Assembly (NCBI GenBank): GCA_903916195.1
Contig: CAIWVP010000175.1
Location: 19,756-83,755 of the forward strand
Reading direction: 5' to 3'
DNA length: 64,000 nt
DNA from: an uncultured Verrucomicrobiota bacterium
GTDB lineage: Bacteria; Verrucomicrobiota; Verrucomicrobiia; Limisphaerales; UBA9464
This document shows positions 51,069-58,955 of the stretch, piece after piece (positions within the stretch are counted from its first letter, which is position 1; the number at the start of each line of letters is the position of its first letter). The notes under the pieces are model-generated. The model searched no databases. It saw only the letters and a program-made list of their open reading frames with translations, and was not told the DNA's origin. The position numbers and the translations under genes were made by a program.

Positions 51069-51701
51069 TCACTTGCTGCATGAGCAGCTCGTCTTGCCCT
51101 CCAAGGAGGCGACCTTGCTTGCTAGATTGCCGATCTCGCTCCGCAGACCCGCCACGGCCGCTCTGGCGGAATCATCGATGACCCGGGTGATTCCTTTCAG
51201 TTTGGCGAGTTCGGCCTCCAGGTGGCCAAGTTGGTTCTCCAAAGATTGGATGCGGCTCTCCTTCGATTGGAGGTCCGTCTGCTGTTCCTGCACCGCGCGG
51301 ACCAGGACGGGGACAAGCCGGGTGTAGTCCAGCAGCCAGAAGTCCTTGGCGTCGTCGACCGGTGGATAGACGGCTTCGGGGACCGACGGGACCGCTTCTT
51401 GGGCGATCAAACCGACGGTCGGGATGGGGTCGGCATCGAGCACGACCCGGCCGTTGTCGAAGAGTTGCCCGGTGTGCAGCAGATAGCGTTTGGGGCGCAA
51501 GCGGCTGATCAGCCCGACACCGCCGTCCAAAGGACGCGGTTGGCTGATGAGGCGGGCGTCCCCGGGAGAAAGGGTGGCCGTCCAGCCCGGGCTCTTGGCG
51601 GACGCCTCGACTGCAGGTGCAGGGGCAGCCGGGACGGACGTCGCCGGGGCCGGGTCCGCCGCCTGGAGAGATGCCCAGAGCGCGAACGAGAGGATGCCCA
51701 T
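51069..51701 (-). CDS. secreted protein with a tail-fibre/endosialidase-chaperone (peptidase S74)-like domain and a C-terminal coiled coil
   Basis: Reads GLIAQEAVPSVPEAVY...LLDYTRLVPVLVRAVQEQQTDLQSKESRIQSLENQL. Signal peptide MGILSFALWASLQA. An alternative start is at 51788. Confidence 0.55.
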   Translation of the reverse strand: MGILSFALWASLQAADPAPATSVPAAPAPAVEASAKSPGWTATLSPGDARLISQPRPLDGGVGLISRLRPKRYLLHTGQLFDNGRVVLDADPIPTVGLIAQEAVPSVPEAVYPPVDDAKDFWLLDYTRLVPVLVRAVQEQQTDLQSKESRIQSLENQLGHLEAELAKLKGITRVIDDSARAAVAGLRSEIGNLASKVASLEGKTSCSCSK

Positions 51702-51956
51702 GGCGCGGCCTGCGGAGCGGATGGATCCGGAAACGGCGGTCGGCCCGGGCGTGGTGCAAGCGATGCGCGGAGGGGTGGGAGATCTCATAGTGGCGAGGGA
51801 ATCATGGAGGCTTTGGGCGACACTGCTGATCCGACCGATCTTGGCAAGGGCGCATCGGGCATCGGGAAATGGGGGCTTGCCAGCCACTTCTCTTCGGTTA
51901 GCGTCCGCCTCTCTTTCCACTGGAAATCCGGGCAGATACACGAACTTTCAAGGCTT

Positions 51957-52517
51957 ATGGCAGTCAACGCGAACGACCTCCGCAAGGGCACGGCGATCAC
52001 CTACAACAACGACGTCTGCGTCGTGCTCGAGGTGACCCATCGTACCCCGGGCAACCTGCGCGCCTTCGTGCAAGCCATCCTCCGCAGCATCCGCACCGGC
52101 AAGTCGATGGACGTGCGGTTCAGCTCCACCGAGAAGGTCGAGACCGTGCCGTTGATGACCTACAAGATGGAGTTCAGCTACAAATCCGGCGAGGACTACG
52201 TCTTCGTGAACCCGGAGAGCTTCGAGGAGGTCACCGTCACTCCCGAACTGGTCGGCGACGCCAAGAACTACCTCGTCGAGAACGCCACGGTCACCATGAC
52301 CTTCGTCGAGGAAAAGGCCGTCCAAGTGGAGATCCCGCCCAGCGTCATCCTGACCATCACCGACGCGCCGGAAGGCATCCGCGGCGATTCCGCCAACAAC
52401 GTCCAGAAGACGGCCACGCTCGAGACCGGTGTCCCCGTGCTCGTCCCGCTCTTCATCAAGACCGGCGAGAAGATCAAGGTCGACACCCGGACCGGCAAAT
52501 ACATGGAGCGGGCCTGA
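51957..52517 (+). CDS. efp: translation elongation factor P
   Basis: 186 aa, collinear with EF-P. C-terminus VPLFIKTGEKIKVDTRTGKYMERA. The loop reads RTPGNLRAF where E. coli has KPGKGQAF. Confidence 0.85.
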   Translation: MAVNANDLRKGTAITYNNDVCVVLEVTHRTPGNLRAFVQAILRSIRTGKSMDVRFSSTEKVETVPLMTYKMEFSYKSGEDYVFVNPESFEEVTVTPELVGDAKNYLVENATVTMTFVEEKAVQVEIPPSVILTITDAPEGIRGDSANNVQKTATLETGVPVLVPLFIKTGEKIKVDTRTGKYMERA

Positions 52518-52555
52518 GCCGTTCCGTGGACCACGGGACCTTGATCGGGGTCCCG

Positions 52556-52589
52556 ACGACAAAGCCCGCTGCGAAGCGGGCTTTGTCGT
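52556..52589. terminator. 14-bp stem hairpin between the convergent efp and cysteine desulfurase genes
   Basis: Arms ACGACAAAGCCCGC / GCGGGCTTTGTCGT with a 6-nt loop. There is no clear U-tract. Confidence 0.55.
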
Positions 52590-52623
52590 GTCGACGGCGC
52601 ATCCCGTCGATCGGTGCCCGGCG

Positions 52624-53769
52624 TCAGCGTCCGCGCAGCCGGTGCATGATCCGAGGCAAGATCTCCGCCACGTGTCCGACCTCCTCCGCGGTGTTCTCCC
52701 GGCCGAGCGAGAAGCGGACGAGCGCGTTCGCTTCCGCGGGCGGCACGCCCATGGCCTTCAACACATGGCTCGGCTCCAAGGAGCCTGCGGAGCAGGCGGA
52801 GCCGCTCGAAGCGCAGATGCCTTCGAGATCGAGCGCGGCCATCAGCGCGATGCTGTCCGCGCCTTCGACCGTGAAGGCGACCGTGTTCGCCAATCGCGCC
52901 TCCGGATGGCCCCGCAACGTGACCCCGGGCACCGCGGCGGCAGCGGCGGCGAGCCGGGCCGCGAGGGGCCGCAACGCGGCCTCGGCGAACACCGGTGACG
53001 GCACGAACCGTTCCGATGCTTCCACCAGGCCCACGATCGCCGCGAGGTTCTCGGTGCCGGCGCGGCGTTCGTTCTCGTGGCCGCCGCCGACCTGGGTCGA
53101 CAGCGGCTGCAAAGGAGACCGGATGAACAGCGCTCCGACTCCCTTCGGTCCGCAGAACTTGTGCGCGCATACCGACACGAGGTCCGCCTCGAATTGGTGG
53201 ATGTCGCGGAAGGGCAGCTTGCCGAAAGCTTGCACCGCGTCGGTGTGGAACCGGACGCCGCGCTCCCGGCAGAGCGCGCCGATCCCGGCGACCGGCTGGA
53301 TCGTGCCGACCTCGTTGTTCGCCGCCATCACGGACACCAGCGTCGTGTCCTTGCGCAACGCGGCCTCGACGTCCTCGACGCCCACGCGTCCGAAGGCGTC
53401 CACCGGCAGATATGTCACGTCGAAGCCCTCGTGCTCGGCCAGATGCCGGAACGCGTGCAGAACAGCGTGGTGCTCGACCGACGACGTGACGAGGTGACGT
53501 CCCTTGGCCTTGAGAAGACGAGCGGTGCCGAACACCGCGAGATTGTCCGCTTCGGTCCCGCCGCCGGTGAACACCACCTCGCTCGGTCGGCAGCGCCACA
53601 GCGCCGAGAGCCGGTACCGCGCGTCGTCGAGAGCGGCCCGGGCCGCTCGGCCGACCGAGTGGATGCTCGACGGATTGCCCCATACCTCCGCGAGGAACGG
53701 CTCCATCGCCGCGCGGACGACTGGGTCCAGCGGGGTGGTGGCGTTGTGGTCGAGATAGATGGGTCGCAC
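52624..53769 (-). CDS. cysteine desulfurase (NifS/IscS family)
   Basis: Reads IYLDHNATTP, PLP-Lys motif SVCAHKFCGPKG and active-site SSGSACS. GTG at 53769 is preferred; the track start at 53805 is also possible. Confidence 0.85.
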   Translation of the reverse strand: MRPIYLDHNATTPLDPVVRAAMEPFLAEVWGNPSSIHSVGRAARAALDDARYRLSALWRCRPSEVVFTGGGTEADNLAVFGTARLLKAKGRHLVTSSVEHHAVLHAFRHLAEHEGFDVTYLPVDAFGRVGVEDVEAALRKDTTLVSVMAANNEVGTIQPVAGIGALCRERGVRFHTDAVQAFGKLPFRDIHQFEADLVSVCAHKFCGPKGVGALFIRSPLQPLSTQVGGGHENERRAGTENLAAIVGLVEASERFVPSPVFAEAALRPLAARLAAAAAAVPGVTLRGHPEARLANTVAFTVEGADSIALMAALDLEGICASSGSACSAGSLEPSHVLKAMGVPPAEANALVRFSLGRENTAEEVGHVAEILPRIMHRLRGR

Positions 53770-53845
53770 GGCCCCGAGGATTGCCCACCGGTGGCGGATG
53801 TCCACCGCTCCGCTACCACCGGATCACGTGTCGGCGATAGGCACC

Positions 53846-53869
53846 GCGATGTGGGCGGCGATGTGGGCG
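53846..53869. repeat. 12-nt perfect tandem duplication (GCGATGTGGGCG x2)
   Basis: In frame (RPHR RPHR) within the C-terminal part of the yjbQ-like gene. Confidence 0.85.
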
Positions 53870-53960
53870 GATCCGATGTCCCCAGTCGTGGATCCCCTGC
53901 CAGGTGCCGAGCGCGGGCGCACCGTCGCCGACCGGGATGCTCAAGTTCACAGACGTCAAT

Positions 53961-53981
53961 GATGTGCGGATGTGCGGATGT
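53961..53981. repeat. 8-nt tandem duplication (GATGTGCG x2.6)
   Basis: GATGTGCG GATGTGCG GATGT. It causes the frameshift in the yjbQ-like gene. Confidence 0.85.
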
Positions 53982-54265
53982 CCGCTGCCATGCCGTCGTC
54001 GCCCTCCGCGGTGGGGACGAAGAGCGGGTCGCCGTCGGGGACGAGCCTCGAGAAGAAGCCCTCGAGATCGGCGCGCACATCCCGGTCCGCGTTCTCCTGG
54101 ATGAGCAGGGACGCCGACGTGCGGCGGAGGAACAACGTGCAGCGCCCGGTGGTCACTCCGCTGTCGCCGACCGACCTGGCGACCTCGTGGAAGCCATGTC
54201 CGCGCGCGGCGACGATGATCCCGGTCAGCGATCGGCGGGACTTCGCGGGGCCTCCGCCGGCCTCC

Positions 54266-56152
54266 TCAGATCTCGACCTGCATACCGAGTTCGACGACCC
54301 GGCTCGCCGGGAGCCGGAAGAACGCCGTCGCGCTCTGCGCGTTGCGGGACATGATGGCGAAGAGCCGTTCGCGCCAGAGCGCCATGCCGCTGCGCTTCGA
54401 CGGGATGATGGTCTCGCGGCTGAGGAAGAACGTGGTCTCGTGCTCCTTGAACCGCAGCCCGAGGTCGCCGCAGCGGCGGAGCACGTCCGGCACGTCCGGC
54501 TCCTCCATGAACCCGAAGCGCGATCTCACCCGCCAGACGCCGTGGCCGAGCTCCTCCACTCCGAGGCGCTCGCACTCGGCGACGTGCGGCGAGTCGTCGA
54601 CCACGATGGTCAGGAAGACGACGCGCTCGTGGAGCACCTTGTTGTGTTTCAGGTTGTGCAGCAGCGCCAGCGGCACGCCGTCCGAGTTGCCGGCGAGGTA
54701 GACCGCGGTGCCCTTCACGCGCAGCGGTTCGCGGCGTTCGACGCTGGCGAGGAACTGGTCGACCGGCAGCGCGCTCTCCCGGATGCGCTTCCAGAGCAGC
54801 TGACGTCCCGTCTTCCACGTCGACATGAGCGTGAACAGCACCGCGCCCACGACGAGGGGGAACCAGCCGCCGTGGAGGATCTTCAGCGCGTTCGCCCCGA
54901 AGAACGCCAGCTCGATCACGAAGGCGATGCCGCTGACCGCCGAGGCCTGCCAGAAGTTCCATCCCCAGAGCCGCCGCGCCACGAAGTGGAAGAGCAGCGT
55001 CGTCACCAGCATCGTGAGCGTCACCGCGATCCCGTAGGCCGCGGCGAGCGCGGACGACGTGCGGAAGCCGACCACGAGGGCGACGCACGCGACCATGAGC
55101 GCCCAGTTCACCTTGGGGATGTAGATCTGCCCGCGCTCATGTGCGCTCGTGTGTTCGATGGCGATGCGCGGCAGGTAGCCGAGCTGCACCGCCTGCATCG
55201 TCAGCGAGAAGGCGCCGCTGATCAAAGCCTGCGACGCGATGACCGCCGCCGCCGCCGCGAGCCCGACCAGGGGGTACAGCGCCCAGGTCGGTGCCAGCTT
55301 GTAGAAGGGGTTCACCGCCGCTTCGGGATGGTCGATCAGCAGCGCGCCCTGGCCGAGGTAGTTCAGCACCAGCGACGGCAGGACCAGTCCGAACCACGCG
55401 ATGCGGATGGGTTTCCGCCCGAAGTGCCCCATGTCGGCGTACAACGCTTCGCCGCCGGTCACCACGAGGAACACCGAGCCGAGCACGACGAACCCGACCC
55501 ATCCGTTGTCCACGAAGAACCGGACCGCGTGCATCGGGTTGAGGGCTCCGAAGACGCGCGGCTCCTGGATGATCCCGCCGATCCCGAGCACGGAGATCAT
55601 GAGGAACCACACGACCATGACCGGTCCGAACACCTTCCCGATCGTGCCCGTTCCAGCGCGCTGGCAGGCGAACAGCCCGACGAGGATGGCCACCGACAAC
55701 GGCACGATGTACGGCGCGAGTCTCGGTGTGGCCACATCGAGACCTTCCATGGCGCCGAGCACGGTCACCGCGGGCGTGATCATCCCGTCGCCGTAGAGCA
55801 GCGCCGCGCCGAAGAGCCCGAGACCGAGCATCACCGCGGTGAGGCGCGTCCGGGGCGTGTCGGAACGCCGCTCCGGGAAGGCCAGCGCCATGAGCGCCAA
55901 GATGCCGCCTTCGCCCTTGTTGTCCGCCCGGAGGACGAACACCAGGTACATCACCGTGACGATCAGGATGAGCGACCACAGCAGCAACGAGAGCACGCCG
56001 AGGACGTTCTCCGGGGTCGGCAGCACGCCGTGCTCCGGGTTGAAGCACTCGCGCATCGCGTAGAGCGGGCTGGTGCCGATGTCGCCGTAGACGACGCCGA
56101 GAGCGGCGAGCGTCAGACCGGCCAAGCGGGACCGGTTCATCTCAGTTTGCAT
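54266..56152 (-). CDS. kup: KUP/HAK/KT potassium uptake transporter
   Basis: Reads LAALGVVYGDIGTSPLYA...ADNKGEGGILAL... About 12 TM helices plus a cytosolic C-terminal domain. Candidate starts at 56170, 56152 and 56140. Confidence 0.9.
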   Translation of the reverse strand: MQTEMNRSRLAGLTLAALGVVYGDIGTSPLYAMRECFNPEHGVLPTPENVLGVLSLLLWSLILIVTVMYLVFVLRADNKGEGGILALMALAFPERRSDTPRTRLTAVMLGLGLFGAALLYGDGMITPAVTVLGAMEGLDVATPRLAPYIVPLSVAILVGLFACQRAGTGTIGKVFGPVMVVWFLMISVLGIGGIIQEPRVFGALNPMHAVRFFVDNGWVGFVVLGSVFLVVTGGEALYADMGHFGRKPIRIAWFGLVLPSLVLNYLGQGALLIDHPEAAVNPFYKLAPTWALYPLVGLAAAAAVIASQALISGAFSLTMQAVQLGYLPRIAIEHTSAHERGQIYIPKVNWALMVACVALVVGFRTSSALAAAYGIAVTLTMLVTTLLFHFVARRLWGWNFWQASAVSGIAFVIELAFFGANALKILHGGWFPLVVGAVLFTLMSTWKTGRQLLWKRIRESALPVDQFLASVERREPLRVKGTAVYLAGNSDGVPLALLHNLKHNKVLHERVVFLTIVVDDSPHVAECERLGVEELGHGVWRVRSRFGFMEEPDVPDVLRRCGDLGLRFKEHETTFFLSRETIIPSKRSGMALWRERLFAIMSRNAQSATAFFRLPASRVVELGMQVEI

Positions 56153-56585
56153 GGGAAATGGAAGCGGCACGCTGGAGCGCGGCCAAGAGCGGTCCCGGAT
56201 CGTCGGTGCCGACCGCGAACCGTCGGCCGTCGCCCAGCCGCAGAGCGATGGCCTGGAACCCGGCGATGTTGTGGAGCCATCCGAAGCGGGTGTGGTGGAT
56301 CCCCCAGCCGTCGGCCCAGGAAGTGGTCACGGCCTCGGCCGCCACGACATCCTTCAAGGGAACCTTTCGACCGATCAGCCCAGGTCCGAAGCGCCACCGG
56401 AGCTCAAGGGCCGTGACCTCCACGGTGAGCGAGCTGAAGAGCCAGCCCAAGAGCGCGAGGACCGGCACGCCCAAGGCGAACTGCCAGACCCGCGATAGCG
56501 CGGCCACGGCGACCAGTCCCGACGCGATGGTCACCGGGATGAGGAGCCAACGGCCCGCCCGTTGGGTGTGCGAATAGACTTTCAT
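56142..56585 (-). CDS. hypothetical membrane protein (two N-terminal TM helices plus a small soluble domain)
   Basis: 147 aa, immediately upstream of kup on the same strand. No family recognised with certainty. Confidence 0.45.
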   Translation of the reverse strand: MKVYSHTQRAGRWLLIPVTIASGLVAVAALSRVWQFALGVPVLALLGWLFSSLTVEVTALELRWRFGPGLIGRKVPLKDVVAAEAVTTSWADGWGIHHTRFGWLHNIAGFQAIALRLGDGRRFAVGTDDPGPLLAALQRAASISHAN

Positions 56586-56983
56586 GATGACACGGTCGGA
56601 CGCGCTGTGTTCAGAACAGGGCGTCGTCCGTCCGCGTCCGGCGGTAGGACTGCCCTCCCAATCGGCCTACGAGGTTAGCTGTCGGGCTTGGTCCTGGAAG
56701 TGACCTTGGCCCCGGTTGCCCGGTGCCGTGCGCCCCGTCCGCCACGCTGGCTGCGCTGCGGAGATCGGTTCCCCCGTGTCCGGCCTCTGGAAGGGTCGGC
56801 CTTCGGCTGCGCGCGGAGTAATGCAAAACGCGCCCGGTCTGTCAAACCGGGCACCGATGGGGAAAGGGCCTGGTCCGTGTCTGGAAGCTAGGAGCCGGTC
56901 TGCCGATCACCGTCGTCGGGTCGGCACAACGCCCGATTTTCTGCTCCCTTCGGTGATCGGTTCCGTGTCCATTCGCGCGAACT

Positions 56984-58000
56984 GTGGGAGCTGGACTGAC
57001 AACGCTCGTCGAGGAGTTCCTCGTCCATCTGCGCCACGAGCGTGGACAGGCGGAGCACACGCAGCGGACCTATGCGCACCAGCTCGGCCAGTTCACGGCG
57101 TGGGCGGCGCGGCGCGGGTTGACGGCGTGGCCGGACGTGAAGTTCCGCGACCTGATGGATTACCTGGAGCACCTGGGCACCCGTCCTGCCGCCAAATCGC
57201 CCGGCGACCTCGCCGACCCGGAGCGCCGACGGAAGCCGGGCCGCCCGGCGAAGATCGCCGCGGGTCCGGCCGGTGCAGAGCCGGCGAGCGCCGCCCGGCT
57301 CAGCCCGGCGAGCGTCTATCTCCAGGTGGCGGCGTTGCGGGCGTTCTTCCGTTTCGCCTTGGATGAAGGCTTCGTGACCACCGACCCGGCGGAGAACCTC
57401 GCCCTCCCGAAGCGTTGGAAGAACCTGCCCAAGGCGCTGACCGAAGAAGAGATCGACCTCCTGCTGGCTCCGCCCGATGCCGCTGTGGCCGGTCCGAACG
57501 ACCTGTGCGACCACGCCGTGCTGGAGCTGGCCTACGCGAGCGGGTTGCGGTTGGCCGAACTGCGCGGGATCCGGCTGGAGCAGCTGCATCTCGACGCGGG
57601 GTTCGTCACGGTCATCGGCAAGGGCGACAAGGAGCGCGTGGTGCCGGTCGGGGCGAGGGCCGTCACGGCGTTGCGGCGGTACTTGGCCATCCGCCCGGAG
57701 CTCGTGCGCCCGAAGTCGCCGGCGGCGGTCTTCCTGACGAGCCGAGGCAGCGCGTTCGCGCACGTCACCCTCTGGTTGCGGATCGGGAAGTGCGTCCACC
57801 GACGCGGGATCGGCCGCCACGTGACGCCGCACATGCTGCGGCACAGCTTCGCGACGCACCTGATGGAGCACGGCGCGGACCTCCGGGTGATCCAGGAGTT
57901 GCTCGGCCATGCGAGCATCGCGACGACCGAGGTCTACACCCACGTGGCCGGTCAGCGGCTTGCCGAGATCCACGACCGTTACCATCCCCGGGCGCGGTGA
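56984..58000 (+). CDS. tyrosine recombinase, XerC/XerD family
   Basis: Reads LVEEFLVHLRHERGQAEHTQRTYAHQL...LELAYASGLRLAEL...GKGDKERVVP...HMLRHSFATHL...LLGHASIATTEVYTHV. GTG start. Contains a Pro/Ala-rich insertion of about 45 aa in the N-terminal domain. Confidence 0.85.
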   Translation: MGAGLTTLVEEFLVHLRHERGQAEHTQRTYAHQLGQFTAWAARRGLTAWPDVKFRDLMDYLEHLGTRPAAKSPGDLADPERRRKPGRPAKIAAGPAGAEPASAARLSPASVYLQVAALRAFFRFALDEGFVTTDPAENLALPKRWKNLPKALTEEEIDLLLAPPDAAVAGPNDLCDHAVLELAYASGLRLAELRGIRLEQLHLDAGFVTVIGKGDKERVVPVGARAVTALRRYLAIRPELVRPKSPAAVFLTSRGSAFAHVTLWLRIGKCVHRRGIGRHVTPHMLRHSFATHLMEHGADLRVIQELLGHASIATTEVYTHVAGQRLAEIHDRYHPRAR

Positions 58001-58033
58001 ACGCGGCGCGCGGGCGGTGTTCCGTCCTGCGTA

Positions 58034-58800
58034 TCACTGCGTGCCCGACGAGCGGTCGCGGCCCAAGGCCGCCCAGAGGCGTCCTGGCTCCATCAGGAGA
58101 AAGACCTGTTCGCCCATGTGGAGCCGGCCGCGGACGGCGGACGACACCGTGTGCCGGCACCATCCGGACGAGCCGCGCCAGGGGCGGGGCGCCGCGAAGA
58201 CCTGGACCGAGACGACGCCTACCTCAAAAGCGCGGCGACGAAGCCTGGCGCGGGTGATGTCCCCGGGGGTTCACCCAGTGGGCGACTTCGGCGCCCGCCG
58301 CTTAGCCGAGCGCCGCGCCGGTCTTCTTGAGGCGCAGGAACCAGTCCGTCTCCTCGCCCAGTCCGAGGCGTTTGCCGTTCATGCCGAGGCCCAGAACGAA
58401 GCCGCCCAGCGCGTGGAACGAGTCCGTGCGCATGAACATGTTCGCGCCGAAGGGCAGGCAGTCGTCCGGGAAGACGACCGTCGCCGACGGGAACCGGAGA
58501 CTCGCCCGGTTGACCTCGAACTCCGGTCGCCAATAGCTCGGCCGCTTCAACCCGCCCCGATCGGGCTCGATCGGGCCTCCTCCTCCCGCGGTATCCGGAT
58601 GGTCCCGGAAATACTTCTCGTAGGCATCCAGCCAGCCCGCGGCCGGGACGGCGTCATCGTCCAGATAGACAAGATATCGGCCTTGCGTCGCCGGTGCGCC
58701 CGTTCATGCGCACGGACCCGGATACCACGACGGTGAACTCACGGGCGATCTTGTGGCGTCACCGTCGCGCATGCGCAGGTTGTCGAAGAGGAGCAGCGGC
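58034..58800 (-). pseudogene. family 2 glycosyltransferase remnant (in-frame stop plus frameshifts)
   Basis: Fragments lie in three frames: EFTVVVSGSVRMNGRTGDA / GRYLVYLDDDAVPAAGWLDAYEKYF...FGANMFMRTDSFHALGGF...GEETDWFLRLKKTGAALG-TAA-AAGAEVAHWVNP / GDITRARLRRRAFEVG. The N-terminal limit is uncertain. Confidence 0.55.
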
Positions 58801-58955
58801 ACCAGGACGAGCGCCTGCCCGGATCATTGCCGCGGACCGATCGCGATCGGCGGGGAGAATCCCTGCGGGACGAAGCGATCGGTCGATGCGTCCTCGGACG
58901 GTCCCGCCTGCTCTGGAAGACACCGTTCCGGCGGGCCATGCCGTCTCGAGGCCCG

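Larger units (their letters stand above)
53813..54243 (-). pseudogene. YjbQ/UPF0047-family gene, disrupted
   Basis: The upstream fragment reads ...GHGFHEVARSVGDSGVTTGRCTLFLRRTSASLLIQENADRDVRADLEGFF..VPDG....EGDDGMAADIRTS and then stops. Deleting one 8-nt repeat unit restores DIRTSLTSVNLSIPVGDGAPALGTWQGI, collinear with E. coli YjbQ as I recall it. The expected start codon position (54241-54243) reads AAG, 7 nt after a GGAGG. Confidence 0.65.

Noticed and set aside
51069-51941. A prophage remnant, inferred from the tail-fibre chaperone-like domain
   Set aside because: The flanking genes are prc and efp. No other phage-like genes, att sites or compositional break are visible.
56586-56983. Possible RNase P RNA, SRP (4.5S) RNA, 6S RNA or tmRNA in the long GC-rich spacer
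   Set aside because: Partial resemblances (GGGGAAAGGGCC versus GAGGAAAGUCCGGGC; GGTCCTGGAAGTGACC versus the SRP GGAA-loop helix) do not match the conserved cores or their order. There is no tRNA-like 3' end. The region is kept only as an unassigned sRNA candidate.
56984-58800. The Xer recombinase plus adjacent pseudogene as the boundary of a genomic island
   Set aside because: The recombinase has the full XerC/D housekeeping signature. I found no direct repeats or tRNA target, and the neighbouring genes (kup, MFS operon) have the same composition as the rest of the window.
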